A stretch of DNA of 64,000 nucleotides, from positions 186,001 to 250,000 of the forward strand of contig JASANG010001546.1 in NCBI GenBank assembly GCA_030248215.1, written 5' to 3'. This document shows, in pieces, positions 1 to 11,518 of this stretch. The notes under the pieces are model-generated. The model saw only the letters and a list, made by a program, of their open reading frames with translations, ran no database searches and had not been told where the DNA came from. Every line of letters begins with the position of its first letter. The first letter of the stretch is position 1. Source of the stretch: Enoplolaimus lenunculus. Taxonomy: Eukaryota. The translations under genes and the position numbers were made by a program.

Positions 1-978
1 AGACGGGCCAGGGTGACTCAGCTTACTGGGAAAATTTTGACTCACCCTAGAAAATTTAAACATTGATTATACGTCATCGAAAAAACCCTTGTATGCCCCT
101 CCTAAATGAGGTCCATCAAGCAAGATGAGCTGGTCAGCGGAAACACAACGGCAGATTTACTGGACGCTATCCGTAGTGATGGGCATCCTTCAATCCACCG
201 TTGCATTGACCAAAACGATTTTCAATCAATTAGGGATCTGTTTCCAGTCTGACCAGCGTCCATCACGTGTATACGTCAAAGGATCCATTTTGGTCCCGTT
301 GATCCGTGATGTTGTGAACTTTCGTGTCTTTTCTGGATCCGATCCTGGATATGAACAATGACGACGGATCGCGACAGCTTCCCAATTTGGTTTTTGGCAA
401 AATTTTTAAAATTCTCAACACGTATCAATGTACCATTAAGTCGCGGATCAGGAAGGTTATCCCAAGTGGTCGATTAAGGACGCTTTTTTTATTCAAGTGT
501 CAGGGACATATTTATGGCTTGCGATAGGGACAAATAAACATTTAAAGACTTTACTGTCAGAAACGCACTTACAGATATTATACTCTCCGTCCCGAAATGG
601 AATTTTGGCTGCGCATTTGACAGTAGTGTTTTACTTTGATACTTTACGAGGGTAACAACCGGAGGTGAAAAATATCAGAATGGAAAATTGGAAAACTTTG
701 CCAGATCCGGAGATTATTTTCGGCCGAATCAGGAGGCGGCACGCCTTTGTTTTCGCTCTGCTGATTACAGCGGCGGATACAATAAATTTCTGTAAGGATG
801 ACAAGATACAATCGTGGAAAGTAAGTCGAGAGCAAACGACAATCCGAACGCCATTTTAGTGTTGAACCGTAAATACAAAATTTTGGTTTTGATTGCTGTT
901 TGGGGGGTTAGGCCGGGGTGGCCCTTGGATCCGCCAATGGCTGGCTGCGCTTATTTGAAATGTTTCTTAATTGTTTAG

Positions 979-1083
979 GCCGCATTATTGGTCAAGGTGC
1001 GTTTGGTCTTGTATTCTTGGGTCGCGCAGAATCGATCAGCGGTGTCGCTGGAAGTATCACAGTCGCAGTTAAGCAGCTTAAAT
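979..1083 (+). CDS. Receptor tyrosine kinase, kinase exon 1 (subdomains I-II); gene 5' part is outside the window
   Basis: ttgtttAG acceptor and GTAAGT donor (phase 1/1). Encodes RIIGQGAFGLVFLG...ITVAVKQLK (Gly-rich loop and VAVK lysine). Missed by the ORF track. Confidence 0.93.
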
Positions 1084-1821
1084 GTAAGTTTTAATATCTA
1101 TATTATTAAAGCTAGAACGCCACAATATGTATTTTGGGCAACTTTCCAGCGTTACTTTGTTTACAACATTTTCTCCGAACGAAGCGTGCTTTTTCAGTGG
1201 AATGAAAATTTGCATGCACATTTTTGTGGGTTCGTTAACTTTTGTACGTTGTGCAAACCTGGCTGACTATAATTCTTTAAAATAATTTTTGCTTCCTATT
1301 TTGGCATGAAAGAAAAGTTCGATGACAATTCAAACGACCCCAGATATTCAAAGCGTAGTTCAAAATATTATAGATCATCAATCCGCGCTATAGTAAAAAT
1401 TTGTCCAACCACCCGGTAGGGATCTGTGTACAAATAAAAGTTGCAACTAGCGTGTAGGTACAATTTCTTGAGGTACGTAGACGCTATTAATTGTCCCGAC
1501 TCACTAAGACATTTTTTGCAGTAGCGCGTGCAGTATAACGTGGATGTCCCATTAGTTCCAAATGTAACAATTTCAATATATTTTTTGGTCACCTCAGTCC
1601 AAATGTGAATTTGCTGATCCTGAAAGAAACTTGCAAATGCCATCAGATATTGTTACTAAGCGAGCTTGAAGCTCGTTTATTGCTAACCTTGATGGAATTA
1701 TGGTATTCCATGTTAGGTACCTGTCCACTAAAAGAGAACAAAGTCTGAGAAGCTAAGGTTTAGGCTTAGGTTTAGGTTAGTCTTAAACATACCATACAGT
1801 AAAACATTCGCCATTATTTTT

Positions 1822-1855
<34 letters not shown>

Positions 1856-2814
1856 TTATTGCTGTTGTTTATTGTTTTCTTTTTTCAATTTATAACATTG
1901 TTTAATTTGACTAAATTTGGTAAACACAAATTTTCAAATTAATTTTGTTCGGTAGATTTTTTTTGACCACAAACGAATCGAATTAAATTTTGAAAAACAA
2001 CCCACTTCAACAACTATTTTGGTTGTGGCTTCACACTCGGTTTCGGCTACTAATAAGCGAAATGAGGCTTACAGACATATCTGGACGTGGGGGCCCCCAT
2101 ACAATAGATTGTCTCGTGAAAATGGGACGGCCTTATAGGGTAACATTGATACAATTAAGCAAAAACCCCACGTTTTTATGGAGAAACAAACCTTTTAGTA
2201 CAAACAAAACAAAAGCCCGACATACCGCACCGACAGATTATAGTCAAAAAATCTCACGTTTTTAAGTGAGTAAGAAACAAACGCAATTTTAGTACTAAAT
2301 CATAATACAAAATTTTAGGTTTCGTCCATGGTGAATGCCATGACCGCACTCTATTGAAACCGGTTGTGTCATAAGCTTTAGCTTTATATGGTAGTTGGGA
2401 GCCCTCACACGTGGAGCAATAAACAACACCTGTTTGGTGTGTTGTTGACTGGTTGGTTGCTCGTTAAATTTTGTGTATAAACACATTTTGAGGGGGGTGG
2501 CGGAGTTTAAATTTGAGGGAATTTTGCAAATTTTTAATGTTCAACCAAAGTCGGGGCAAAATTTTGTTTTAAATTTTAAACATTTGTCTTTTTTGTTATG
2601 TGTTTGTTTGATGGTCGGTGGTGAGAATGTTGTATTTCAAATTGATCTCACTCTGAGAAAGTTGACGGTATTATACACTGGCGGTGTGTGTGCGTGTGTG
2701 GGGGGTGATAAATAAAAATAGAACAGTATTTTGAACTAGCAACAATTTCGCGATGGAAATTTTGGCCAAAGTATAGGACAGGACCGTTACAGTAGTATAA
2801 GCATATGCCTAAGC

Positions 2815-3240
2815 CTAGGCGTAATAATGAGCATATTCCTAAGCCTAAGCCTAAGCGTAATAATGAGCATATTCCTAAGCCTAAACCTGAGCGTAATAAT
2901 GAGCATATTCCTAAGCCTAAACCTAAGCGTAATAATGAGCATATTCCTAAGCCTAAGCCTAAGCGTAATAATGAGCATATTCCTAAGCCTAAACCTGAGC
3001 GTAATAATGAGCATATTCCTAAGCCTAAGCCTAAGCGAAAAGAGCATACCTAAGCCAAACCTAGCGTAATAATGAGCATATTCCTAAGCCTAAGCCTAAG
3101 CGTAATAATGAGCATATTCCTAAGCTAACTGAGGAATAATGAGCATATTCCTAAGCCTAAGCCTAAGCGTAATAATGAGCATATTCCTAAGCCTAAACCT
3201 GAGCGTAATAATGAGCATATTCCTAAGCCTAAGCCTACGC
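2815..3240. repeat. 36-bp minisatellite inside a subfamily A MITE
   Basis: About 11-12 units of GTAATAATGAGCATATTCCTAAGCCTAAGCCTAAGC between intact MITE ends (2764-3321). Confidence 0.95.
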
Positions 3241-4218
3241 GAAAAAAATTTGTCTAAAGCTTAAGCTTACTCTATTGCAGTCCCGCATAAAAACGTCCCG
3301 TCTCTGATTTTTACATAGGGCGAAATTATGCATCATGTATACTTTCGCACTCATTTATAGTTTAAGCATAAGTAAACGCTTAGGCAAACGGCTTAAGCTT
3401 AGACTTGGGGGGCAGCTGTACTACAGCCGAAATATTTTCTGCCAACGTTATGTATTTTAATTCGCGTGTAAAAAATATTTATTTAACGTGGACTTTGAAC
3501 CAATGGAAAATAAATTCTCAATAGTGCATATATAGCATCTATGACCAGTTTGCGATATATTTTGTTCTACGTTAGCTTTGTACCAATTCGTTATATAATA
3601 AAGACGTGTACATGCAGAGGGGTGCTTTAGTGCCCAAAAACCCCTGATTGAGGGAGCCGGAGGAGTAAAAAGGCCCCGACTATGGATGCGTTAATATCCG
3701 CTGTATATGTCGTAGCCCAAGTCGTAATTCAGCACAGTTTCGAATTGGTTTAGTTCAATGCGGAATCATGTCTAGTAAAGCTGTGCGTTTTCCGTTTGGT
3801 TACTTGATAGTCATTAATCCTGCTTTGGTAGCCAACATGCAGCGATTACTCAGCCAATCAGAAAAGAGTATTCGCATTAGCCAATCGCATGTGATTATGG
3901 AATCAAGGTAGTAACCAATCACAAGACGTGTACTTGTCGCATAGAAAAACTACGCCGTGGGCTAGACCAAGTCGTAATAACACGCTGGACTAACCCAGTT
4001 CAGAATTGGGCTAAATTGCGACTTGGGATATAGTATACAACGAACCTATTTAATTGGCCGGAATTTACTTTTTGGGGCGCCGTGTAACCCTTGACGTGAC
4101 TGTTTGTGTATGTTTGCAAATATGCTAAATAGTATATATGTATGCATGTATGTATGTAAGTATGTACATATATCATAGCCACTGCACTAATTCAGTCTTG
4201 TATTGTTTTTAATTTTAG

Positions 4219-4403
4219 CCGACGCAGCCGATTCTGAACGACAAGAATTTTTGGCCGAAATTGGAATGATGAAAAAAGTTGGCGCACATCCAAACGTAAT
4301 AAATATGCTCGGATGCTGTACGCTGACGTCACCGCATTGTATGATTATGGAATATGTGCCTCATGGCGATTTGTTGCATTATTTACGAAATATTCGCAAA
4401 GAA
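4219..4403 (+). CDS. RTK kinase exon 2 (subdomains III-V)
   Basis: ttttAG...GTATGT (phase 1/0). SDAADSERQEFLAEIGMMKKVGAHPNVINMLGCCT...MEYVPHGDLLHYLR. Confidence 0.95.
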
Positions 4404-4427
4404 GTATGTATTCTAAGGTTCTTTTTG

Positions 4428-4428
<1 letters not shown>

Positions 4429-4486
<58 letters not shown>

Positions 4487-4536
4487 TAGTATTATTATTA
4501 TTATTGTTGTTGTTGTTATTATTATTATTATTGTTA
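4429..4536. repeat. (ATT)n microsatellite
   Basis: Direct reading. Similar tracts at 18633-18812, (AAT)n 62035-62090 and (TTG)n 1822-1853. Confidence 0.95.
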
Positions 4537-4838
4537 TCATATATGAACACGATAGTGTTCATATATGATTCGCGCATCTCAAGCGCGTATTTTCAGTTTA
4601 GTTCGCATGTTGGTGCTCAAGTAATATCAGACCTCTATCGTTCAAATTTTGTACATTGGTATCCTGGTACGTAGGGAATATTTGTGCACAAGGATTTGGC
4701 AAACCAGTGTGGTCTTCAATAGTTACGGTCAAAAAACTCCTTACTGAAAGTGCACGAAACTTTTCATTTTGTTTCAACACTTTTTACACGTTAGCTATGT
4801 AATTTTACGGTTATAACTTTCACCACTTTATAGAGCTT

Positions 4839-6470
4839 ACGGTTAGTTTCACCCCAACGGTTGGTTTCACCTCAACGGTTGGTTTCACCCCAACGGTTGG
4901 TTTCACCGCAACGGTTGGTTTCACCCAAACGGTTGGTTTCACCCCAACGGTTGGTTTCACCCCAACGGTTGGTTTCACCCCAACGGTTGGTTTCACCCCA
5001 ACGGTTGGTTTCACCCCAACGGTTGGTTTCACCTCAACGGTTGGTTTCACCCCAACGGTTGGTTTCACCCCAACGGTTGGTTTCACCCCAACGGTTGGTT
5101 TCACCACAGCAGTCAGTTGTACCCCAACGGTTGGTTTCACCCCAACGGTTGGTTTCACCCCAACGGTTGGTTTCACCCCAACGGTTGGTTTCACCCCAAC
5201 GGATGGTTTCACCCCAACGGTTGGTTTCACCCCAATGGTTGGTTTCACCCCAACGGTTGGTTTCACCCCAACGGTTGTTTTGCCCCAACGGTTGGTTTTG
5301 CCCCAACGGTTGGTTGCACCCCAACGATTGGTTTCACCCCAACGGTTGGTTTCACTCCAACGGTTGGTTTTACACCAACAGTCGGTTTCACCCCAACGGT
5401 TGGTTTCGCCCCAACGGTTGGTTTCACCCCAACGGTTGGTTTCACCCCAACGGTTGGTTTCACCCAAACGGTTGGTTTCACCCCAACGGTTGGTTTCACC
5501 CCAACGCTTGGTTTCAACCCAACGGTTGGTTTCACCCCAACGGTTGGTTTCACCTCAACGGTTGGTTTCACCCCAACGGTTGGTTTCACCCCAACGGTTG
5601 GTTTCACCCCAACGGTTGGTTTCACCCCAACGGTTGGTTTCACCCCAACGGTTGGTTTCACCCCAACGGTTGGTTTCACCCCAACGGTTGGTTTCACCCC
5701 AACGGTTGGTTTCACCCCAACGGTTGGTTTCGCCCCAACGGTTGGTTTCACCCCAACGGTTGGTTTCGCCCCAACGGTTGGTTTCACCCCAACGGTTGGT
5801 TTCACCCCAACGGTTGGTTTCACCTCGACAGTTGGCTTCGCCCCAACGGTTGGCTTCACCCTAACGGTTGGCTTCACCCCAACGGTGCGTTTGACCCGAA
5901 TGGTTGGATTCACCTCAACGCTTGGTTTCACACCAACGGTTGGATTTACCCCAACGGTTGGTTTCACTCCAACGGTTGGTTTCACCCCAACGGTTGGTTT
6001 TGCCATAACTTGGTTTCACCCCAACGGTTGGCTTCACCCTAACGGTTGGTTTCACCAAAACGGTTGGTTTCACCCTAACGGTTGGTTTCACCCCAACTGT
6101 CGGTTTCACCACAACTGATAGTTTCACCCCAGCGGTTGGTTTCACTTTAGCGATTAATTTCACCCCAGCGGTTAATTTTGCCCCAGAGGTTGGATTCACC
6201 CTAACGGTTGGTTTCCGGTTTCACCCCAACGGTTGGTTTCACCCCAACGGTTGGTTTCACCCCAACGGTCGGTTTCACTCCAACGGATGGTTTCACCCCA
6301 CAGTTGGTTCACTGCTGATAATTTCACCCCAGCGGTTAATTTTGCCCCGAGGTTAGTTTCACCCCAACGGTCGGTTTAAGCCCAAGGGTTGGTTTCACAC
6401 AAGCGGTTAGCTTCATCGCAACGGACGATGTCCCCCCCATCGTTTGCTTCGCCCTAACTCTTGGTTTCAT
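4839..6470. repeat. 18-bp minisatellite (TTCACCCCAACGGTTGGT)n
   Basis: About 90 units, homogeneous core (~5540-5820) and degenerate 3' edge; lies in an RTK intron. Confidence 0.97.
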
Positions 6471-6619
6471 ACAAATACTTTGATTAGGCCCTTGTTGCCA
6501 TGACAATAGTTTCTTTCAACCAAGCGATCTATTTAAACTCAGTATTTAGTTTAATCAGTCCTCTCATTTTTCATAATCTGGATTGGTTGATTAAAGCAGC
6601 AGCTTGGTAAAGCGGTTGA

Positions 6620-7518
6620 AACTAGAAAAAATGCTCAGCACTTGAGCAGCAAGGGATATGTTTCATATTCCTATTAAAAGTATGGTAAACTAGATCAGCA
6701 CATTCGCTTGATGTAACCTGGTAAAGTATTAAGAAACAATAGCGGCCAAAATCATGTTAATTATTAATTTTTCTGAAACATATTGCGGACAGCAAAATTT
6801 CTGTAATTTTCTTTTTGTAAGAAAAAAGATGCTTTTCTTGAATGCAAAGCGAAATAATTTCTGAAATGCAGACAGATTTAGCTTGGAATCCATGAATGTA
6901 TATTGAAGTTCTCTACAAGAACGTATTAAATTTACCTATGGCTTTGTATTACCATAGTTGATTGAATTTCATAAGAGCATTGTGTGGCGACATAATTGCT
7001 GTGTTAGTCCTGATGATCAATTTTGTTAGATACTTTCTAAAACAAACGTCACAAAACGAATCGCAATTGATGATTTAAAAAAGCTCCACTCATAAGTGAC
7101 TTTGAGTTTACTCGATTTTTGACCTTAGTGACAAATTCTATAAATGTGCATTTTCCACCCGAGTTATCTGTTTCACTGCATAGTCACGACTATAGAAGCT
7201 CACAAATCGCACCGTATTCTGGCAACATCTATTAATGTGGCAAAATAAAGGAGCGGTATACCTCAGCCATGTCTCTCCGACCCTAAGAAATTTCTGAAAA
7301 TTCCCAACAAATCCTGTCAAAAAGTTTAAAGTTAGAAACAGATTTGCTGTTCGCAAGATGTTTCAGAAAAATTAATAGCTAACATGATTTTGGACGCTAT
7401 TGTTTCTTAATACTTTTCCCGGTTACATCAAGCGAATGTGCTGATCTAGTTTACCATACTTTTAATAGGAATATGAAACATATCCCTTGCTGCTCAAGTG
7501 CTGGGCATTTTTCTAGTT
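6620..7518. mobile_element. ~900-bp non-autonomous DNA transposon with ~180-bp TIRs
   Basis: 6620-6800 is the near-perfect reverse complement of ~7340-7518 (AACTAGAAAAA.TGC.CAGCACTTGAGCAGCAAGGG...). No coding core. Confidence 0.85.
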
Positions 7519-7643
7519 ATTATTATATGTTGCCAGTTGGAAATTGAAATGCGTTGCCGTGCGGTGCTAGACGGCTCCTGACGACCCGTGTAACGTTAAA
7601 ATAGTCAAATAGCGCCGCTTCAGAAATACTTTGTTGTTTAATA

Positions 7644-7720
7644 CACGGCAAAAAGTGGTGAGTCAATTTGACTCTGTCGGAGTCGAAGAGAGTCAATTTG
7701 ACTCACTATTTTTTGCAGTG
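7644..7720. mobile_element. 77-bp palindromic mini-MITE (CAC.GCAAAAA ends, TA flanks)
   Basis: Two GAGTCAATTTGACTC palindromes between TIRs; related sequence at 19380-19720. Confidence 0.65.
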
Positions 7721-8445
7721 TACGGAACCAACAGCCACTACCTGAGTGAAAATAACATTTGACAAGAAATGATACTGCAGACGGCAACAAACACTGGCTA
7801 GGTTGTTGTACATTTCCCCCACATTTTACAATTAGGCCTTAATGTTAGGGCTTATGAAAATGTTTCTGAATAGGCGGTATTCTCGTGGTCTCAAAGGTTT
7901 TCCGGTAGTCTAAAACACTGCTGGGTTAACAACGACTCTCAGTTGCCAACTGGAATAAACAAGTGTTTACTCAACCAGGGCTACTGCCACAAAATTTGGA
8001 GCCAAACAGTTTTAGGAGTACCATGCGGTTAATTTCGCAAAAACTTCAATGCAGCCTAAAACTTTTACAGGGGGGCATTTTTTCATATGGGGCTAACCCC
8101 TCTCTGCGAACCCGAACAGTACTTTTTTAACAATAGTTAAGTTTTAAGCTTTTAATTAATTTAAGCGTACACGCAAACAGCCAATCAGAAATCTTTATAT
8201 TTTTGTAAATTATAAACTTGGAATCTAATTTAAGTAAAATCTTTACTTTTAAACTTTTTAATAATTTTTAATCTCCTCATATGCGTCGCAATTCGCATTG
8301 AACACGTTTCCAGTACGTGTAAAATTTGAAAACAATTTTAATTTCACTGAAAAACTATAAATTTCTGTTGAAAAAGTTTTGAAAAAACAACATTTTTGTG
8401 TTGATTTTTTTTTAAAAAAATTCATTTATTACTCATTTATTTCAG

Positions 8446-8596
8446 TACGAACAACGTAATTCTTACCGAACTGGCGATACAAGTAGCGGCGGTTGGTCGT
8501 ATTCGAATCGATATGGTAAACAAAGCGCAATCGTAGAATTCAAAATCAACCCACAGTATCAAAATATGAAAATGTCTGCAGTCGAATTTATGACAA
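8446..8596 (+). CDS. RTK kinase-insert exon
   Basis: TTTCAG acceptor and GTGAGT donor; phase 0/1 exactly bridges the flanking exons. Open frame YEQRNSYRTG...PQYQNMKMSAVEFMT. Missed by the ORF track. Confidence 0.8.
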
Positions 8597-8825
8597 GTGA
8601 GTCTAATTTAAAAATCATTTCTAAATGTTTTTGAAAAGTTAAATAATGGCATCAGTTGTGTATAAACCAGAAGTGAAACAGGCCACCGGCCGAACCCGGT
8701 ACCGACCCAGTCGTATTAGGCAGCCGGCATAACCCTTGGTCGGTGCCATCTCTGGTGCATGCGCACTTTAATAATTGTACAGTAGTTGTACACTCAACCA
8801 CAAACACAGGCTTTATCCTTGGCTT

Positions 8826-9549
8826 TAGCCTAAGCCTAAGCCTAAGCCTAAGCTAAACCTAAGCCTAAGCCTAAGCCTAAACCTAAGCCTAAGCCTAAGC
8901 CTAAGCATAAGCCTAAGCCTAAGCCTAAGCATAAGCCTAAGCCTAAGCCTAAGCCTAAGCATAAGCCTAAGCCTAAGATAAACCTAACCTAAGCCTAAAC
9001 CTAAGCCTAAGCTCAAGCATAATCCTAAGCATAAGCCTAAGCCTAAGCCTAAGCCTAAGCCTAAGCCTAAGCCTAAGCCTAAGCATAAGCCTAAGCCCAA
9101 GCTTAAGCCTAAGCCTAAGCATAAGCCTAAGCCTAAGCTAAACCTAACCTAAGCCTAAACCTAAGCCTAAGCTCAAGCATAATCCTAAGCATAAGCCTAA
9201 GCCTAAGCCTAAGCCTAAGCCTAAGCCTAAGCCTAAGCCTAAGCATAAGCCTAAGCCCAAGCATAAGCCTAAGCCTAAGCTAAACCTAAGCCTAAGCCTA
9301 AACCTAAGCCTATGCCTAAACCTAAGCCTAAGCCTAAACCTAAGCCTAAGCTCAAGCATAATCCTAAGCATAAGCCTAAGCCTAAGCCTAAGCCTAAGCC
9401 TAAGCCTAAGCCTAAGCCTAAGCCTAAGCCTAAGCATAAGCCTAAGCCCAAGCATAAGCCTAAGCCTAAGCTAAACCTAAGCCTAAGCCTATGCCTAAAC
9501 CTAAGCCTAAGCCTAAGCGTAAGCGTAAGCCTAAGCCTAAGCCTAAGCC
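8826..9549. repeat. Interstitial telomere-like array (GCCTAA/TTAGGC)n
   Basis: About 120 hexamers with variant units; a 160-bp higher-order duplication (8981 vs 9141). Confidence 0.95.
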
Positions 9550-9700
9550 GAACTAATAGAATAAAGTTTGAAAATAACGATAACTGTCGGCTAGAAACTG
9601 TTCAAGGGTCAAGTTTACTATTATCAATACCAGAAGTTGAGATTTTTAAATTTTAAAATATATGAATGTAAAAAACTGATTTTATTTAATTTATTTACAG

Positions 9701-9861
9701 ACAGCTCAAAATCAGACTGTCAATGCGGTACTTGTGAAGTGATGGGTGATATTCCGTTTGTTGATGCTGAAGCTTATGGGTTCAGCGACTCCGATCATTT
9801 GGATTATTCGTTGAATTCACTTGAACTGCAATCGTTTGCGCTTCAAGTTGCGTCTGGAATG
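9701..9861 (+). CDS. RTK end of kinase insert plus helix E
   Basis: tttacAG...GTAAAG (phase 1/0). Encodes ...DCQCGTCE...LNSLELQSFALQVASGM. Confidence 0.9.
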
Positions 9862-10463
9862 GTAAAGTGGTTTAAGCATCCGCGTCATCCGAATATTGGG
9901 TTGAAAGTATCGGTGTACAAGTTGGGCTTCTGATCGAAACTAAATTAAGAAAATTTGAACCGATATTGAATAAATTCCCATCAAATTTAATTTCAAGTGA
10001 CATTTAAAAAATTTTACTAAACATTTTAATTTTTTAATTCGGTACTTTATGACAATTCGCTTTTCACATGTAGCACTAATTTACTTTTGAAACTTTTATG
10101 AATTTCTAAGCTTCAGGACACTTGTATTGTGCGATATTTTCAATAATTAACTGAAAATTGAACAAAACAATCAGTATCGAATCTGCGATGTTCTGACAGA
10201 GCAGGATAACCGTATTTTTTGACCAATTTGGCTATAGAAACCACACTGTAAGCTTAAAATGAACCATTCGCATCGCAAAATTTTCAGCACGACAGAGTCG
10301 ATGTTGGAAGTACATCTTCTTGGACCCTTGATTCGCCCCGCTAGCAATAACAACCGTTAAGTTATAAGTTGATATGACAGTCCAGAGGTCGACCTTAGAT
10401 ATGACGTCACGGCGTTTGGGTGCAGAACGAATTTCGGGTTTTACCCTTTCAATCTATTTTCAG

Positions 10464-10707
10464 GCTCATTTAGAATCGTTGGGTATTACACATCGTGATT
10501 TGGCGGCACGTAACATTTTAGTCGGGCGTGGGAAAATGTTGAAAATTTCCGATTTCGGTTTATCGCGCGTGGGAATTTATGTCAAAACAACGTCTGGTCG
10601 CATTCCGTTGCGTTGGTTGTCGATTGAAGCGATTCGTGATCATTTGTATACGAACAAAAGCGATCGTTGGGCGTACGGGGTGGTCCTGTGGGAAATTTGT
10701 ACTCTTG
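10464..10707 (+). CDS. RTK catalytic exon (VIb-IX), Tie-like (arthropod type) / RET-FGFR-related tyrosine kinase
   Basis: TTTCAG...GTAAGC (phase 0/1). HRDLAARN, KISDFGLSR, IPLRWLSIEAIRD, WAYGVVLWEI. Confidence 0.97.
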
Positions 10708-10824
10708 GTAAGCGTCACGGTCAAGGGTTGATTCACAGGCATGGCAGTTCAAAATTTGTAGTAGAGTGGCTTGATAAAACTGTAGTGAATAAGTAAAAGT
10801 CGCGAGAAGATAAGAGTTATTTTA

Positions 10825-11116
10825 AGCCCTATTCACACGTGCAAGTTTTTGCAGCAAAACCTTGCACATGCCACTTGCATGTGCAAGTTTGGTCATACAG
10901 CAGATTTGAAGTTCTCGGAGGCTGCAAATTATTCACTGGAATTTATGCTATTGAATTTAATTCGCAACTGTGAATGCAGTTGCAAGTCACTTGAATTTCT
11001 TGCACCTGCAGTTTGATTGGTGAATCGGAATGTTCCTTTGAAAATACTTGCAGCTGTTTCGTGCAAATGACAACTGCGAGTTTTCGCTGCAAAAACTTGC
11101 ACGTGTGAATATGGCT
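10825..11116. mobile_element. PIF/Harbinger-like MITE
   Basis: TIR AGCC(C/A)TATTCACACGTGCAAGTTTT with TTA TSD. Copies at 52640-52920 (TAA TSD), 54426-54700, partial ~33870-34075. Confidence 0.85.
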
Positions 11117-11421
11117 TTATTGCAGAGTATAAAAAATATGGAAATTCACATAAAGATCGCTCAAATGCTGTTTTGGTTTATATATCACTGGTATTTTGAT
11201 TCAACTTCTTAATTATTTTACGCATATGCGCAGTACAAAATATCTACAATTTGTTACAATCGAGCAATGATTGCAAACATTGTCTCTCGCAGAGTGCAAC
11301 ATTGCGAATCTCAGCTGGAAATATTACATCTCAAATGAAATAGAAAATATTCATGTGTGAAAGGTTTTAACCTGTTCAGATACGGTAAGATTTTGCTGTA
11401 AAATTGATTTTCGCATTTCAG

Positions 11422-11518
11422 GCGGTTTTCCTTATCCAACAGTGTCGGACAAAGCGTTGCTAAAGCATTTAAGTGATGGCAACCGGCTTGAAAAACCCAA
11501 TTCCTGTTCGGATACGAT
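11422..11518 (+). CDS. RTK exon (subdomain X)
   Basis: TTTCAG...GTAAGT (phase 1/2). GGFPYPTVSDKALLKHLSDGNRLEKPNSCSDT. Missed by the ORF track. Confidence 0.93.

Noticed and set aside
665..859. ORF ending SWKVSREQTTI, resembling the RTK juxtamembrane W-x-(I/V)-x-R-E motif at the right spacing from the Gly loop
   Set aside because: The GTAAGT donor at 821 is phase 0 but the next exon needs phase 1, and there is no GT at the required position (846). The segment also lies within a CAGCGGCGGATAC...GGATCCGCCAATG hAT-like MITE (768-939). Probably coincidence; RNA-seq could overturn this.
2787..3069. PKPKPK / LRLRLR / LSLSLS ORFs, also at 9144-9656, 31231-31515 and 58174-58575
   Set aside because: Translations of (CCTAAG)n tracts in MITEs or the telomere-like array.
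4404..4568. Poly-Ile 'transmembrane' tails on ORFs 4203-4568 and 61055-62098
   Set aside because: Read-through past splice donors into (ATT)n / (AAT)n microsatellites.
4820..6199. Long ORFs (up to 393 aa) of repeating VSPQRL / GWFHPN / VGFTPT
   Set aside because: Translations of the stop-free 18-bp minisatellite inside an intron.
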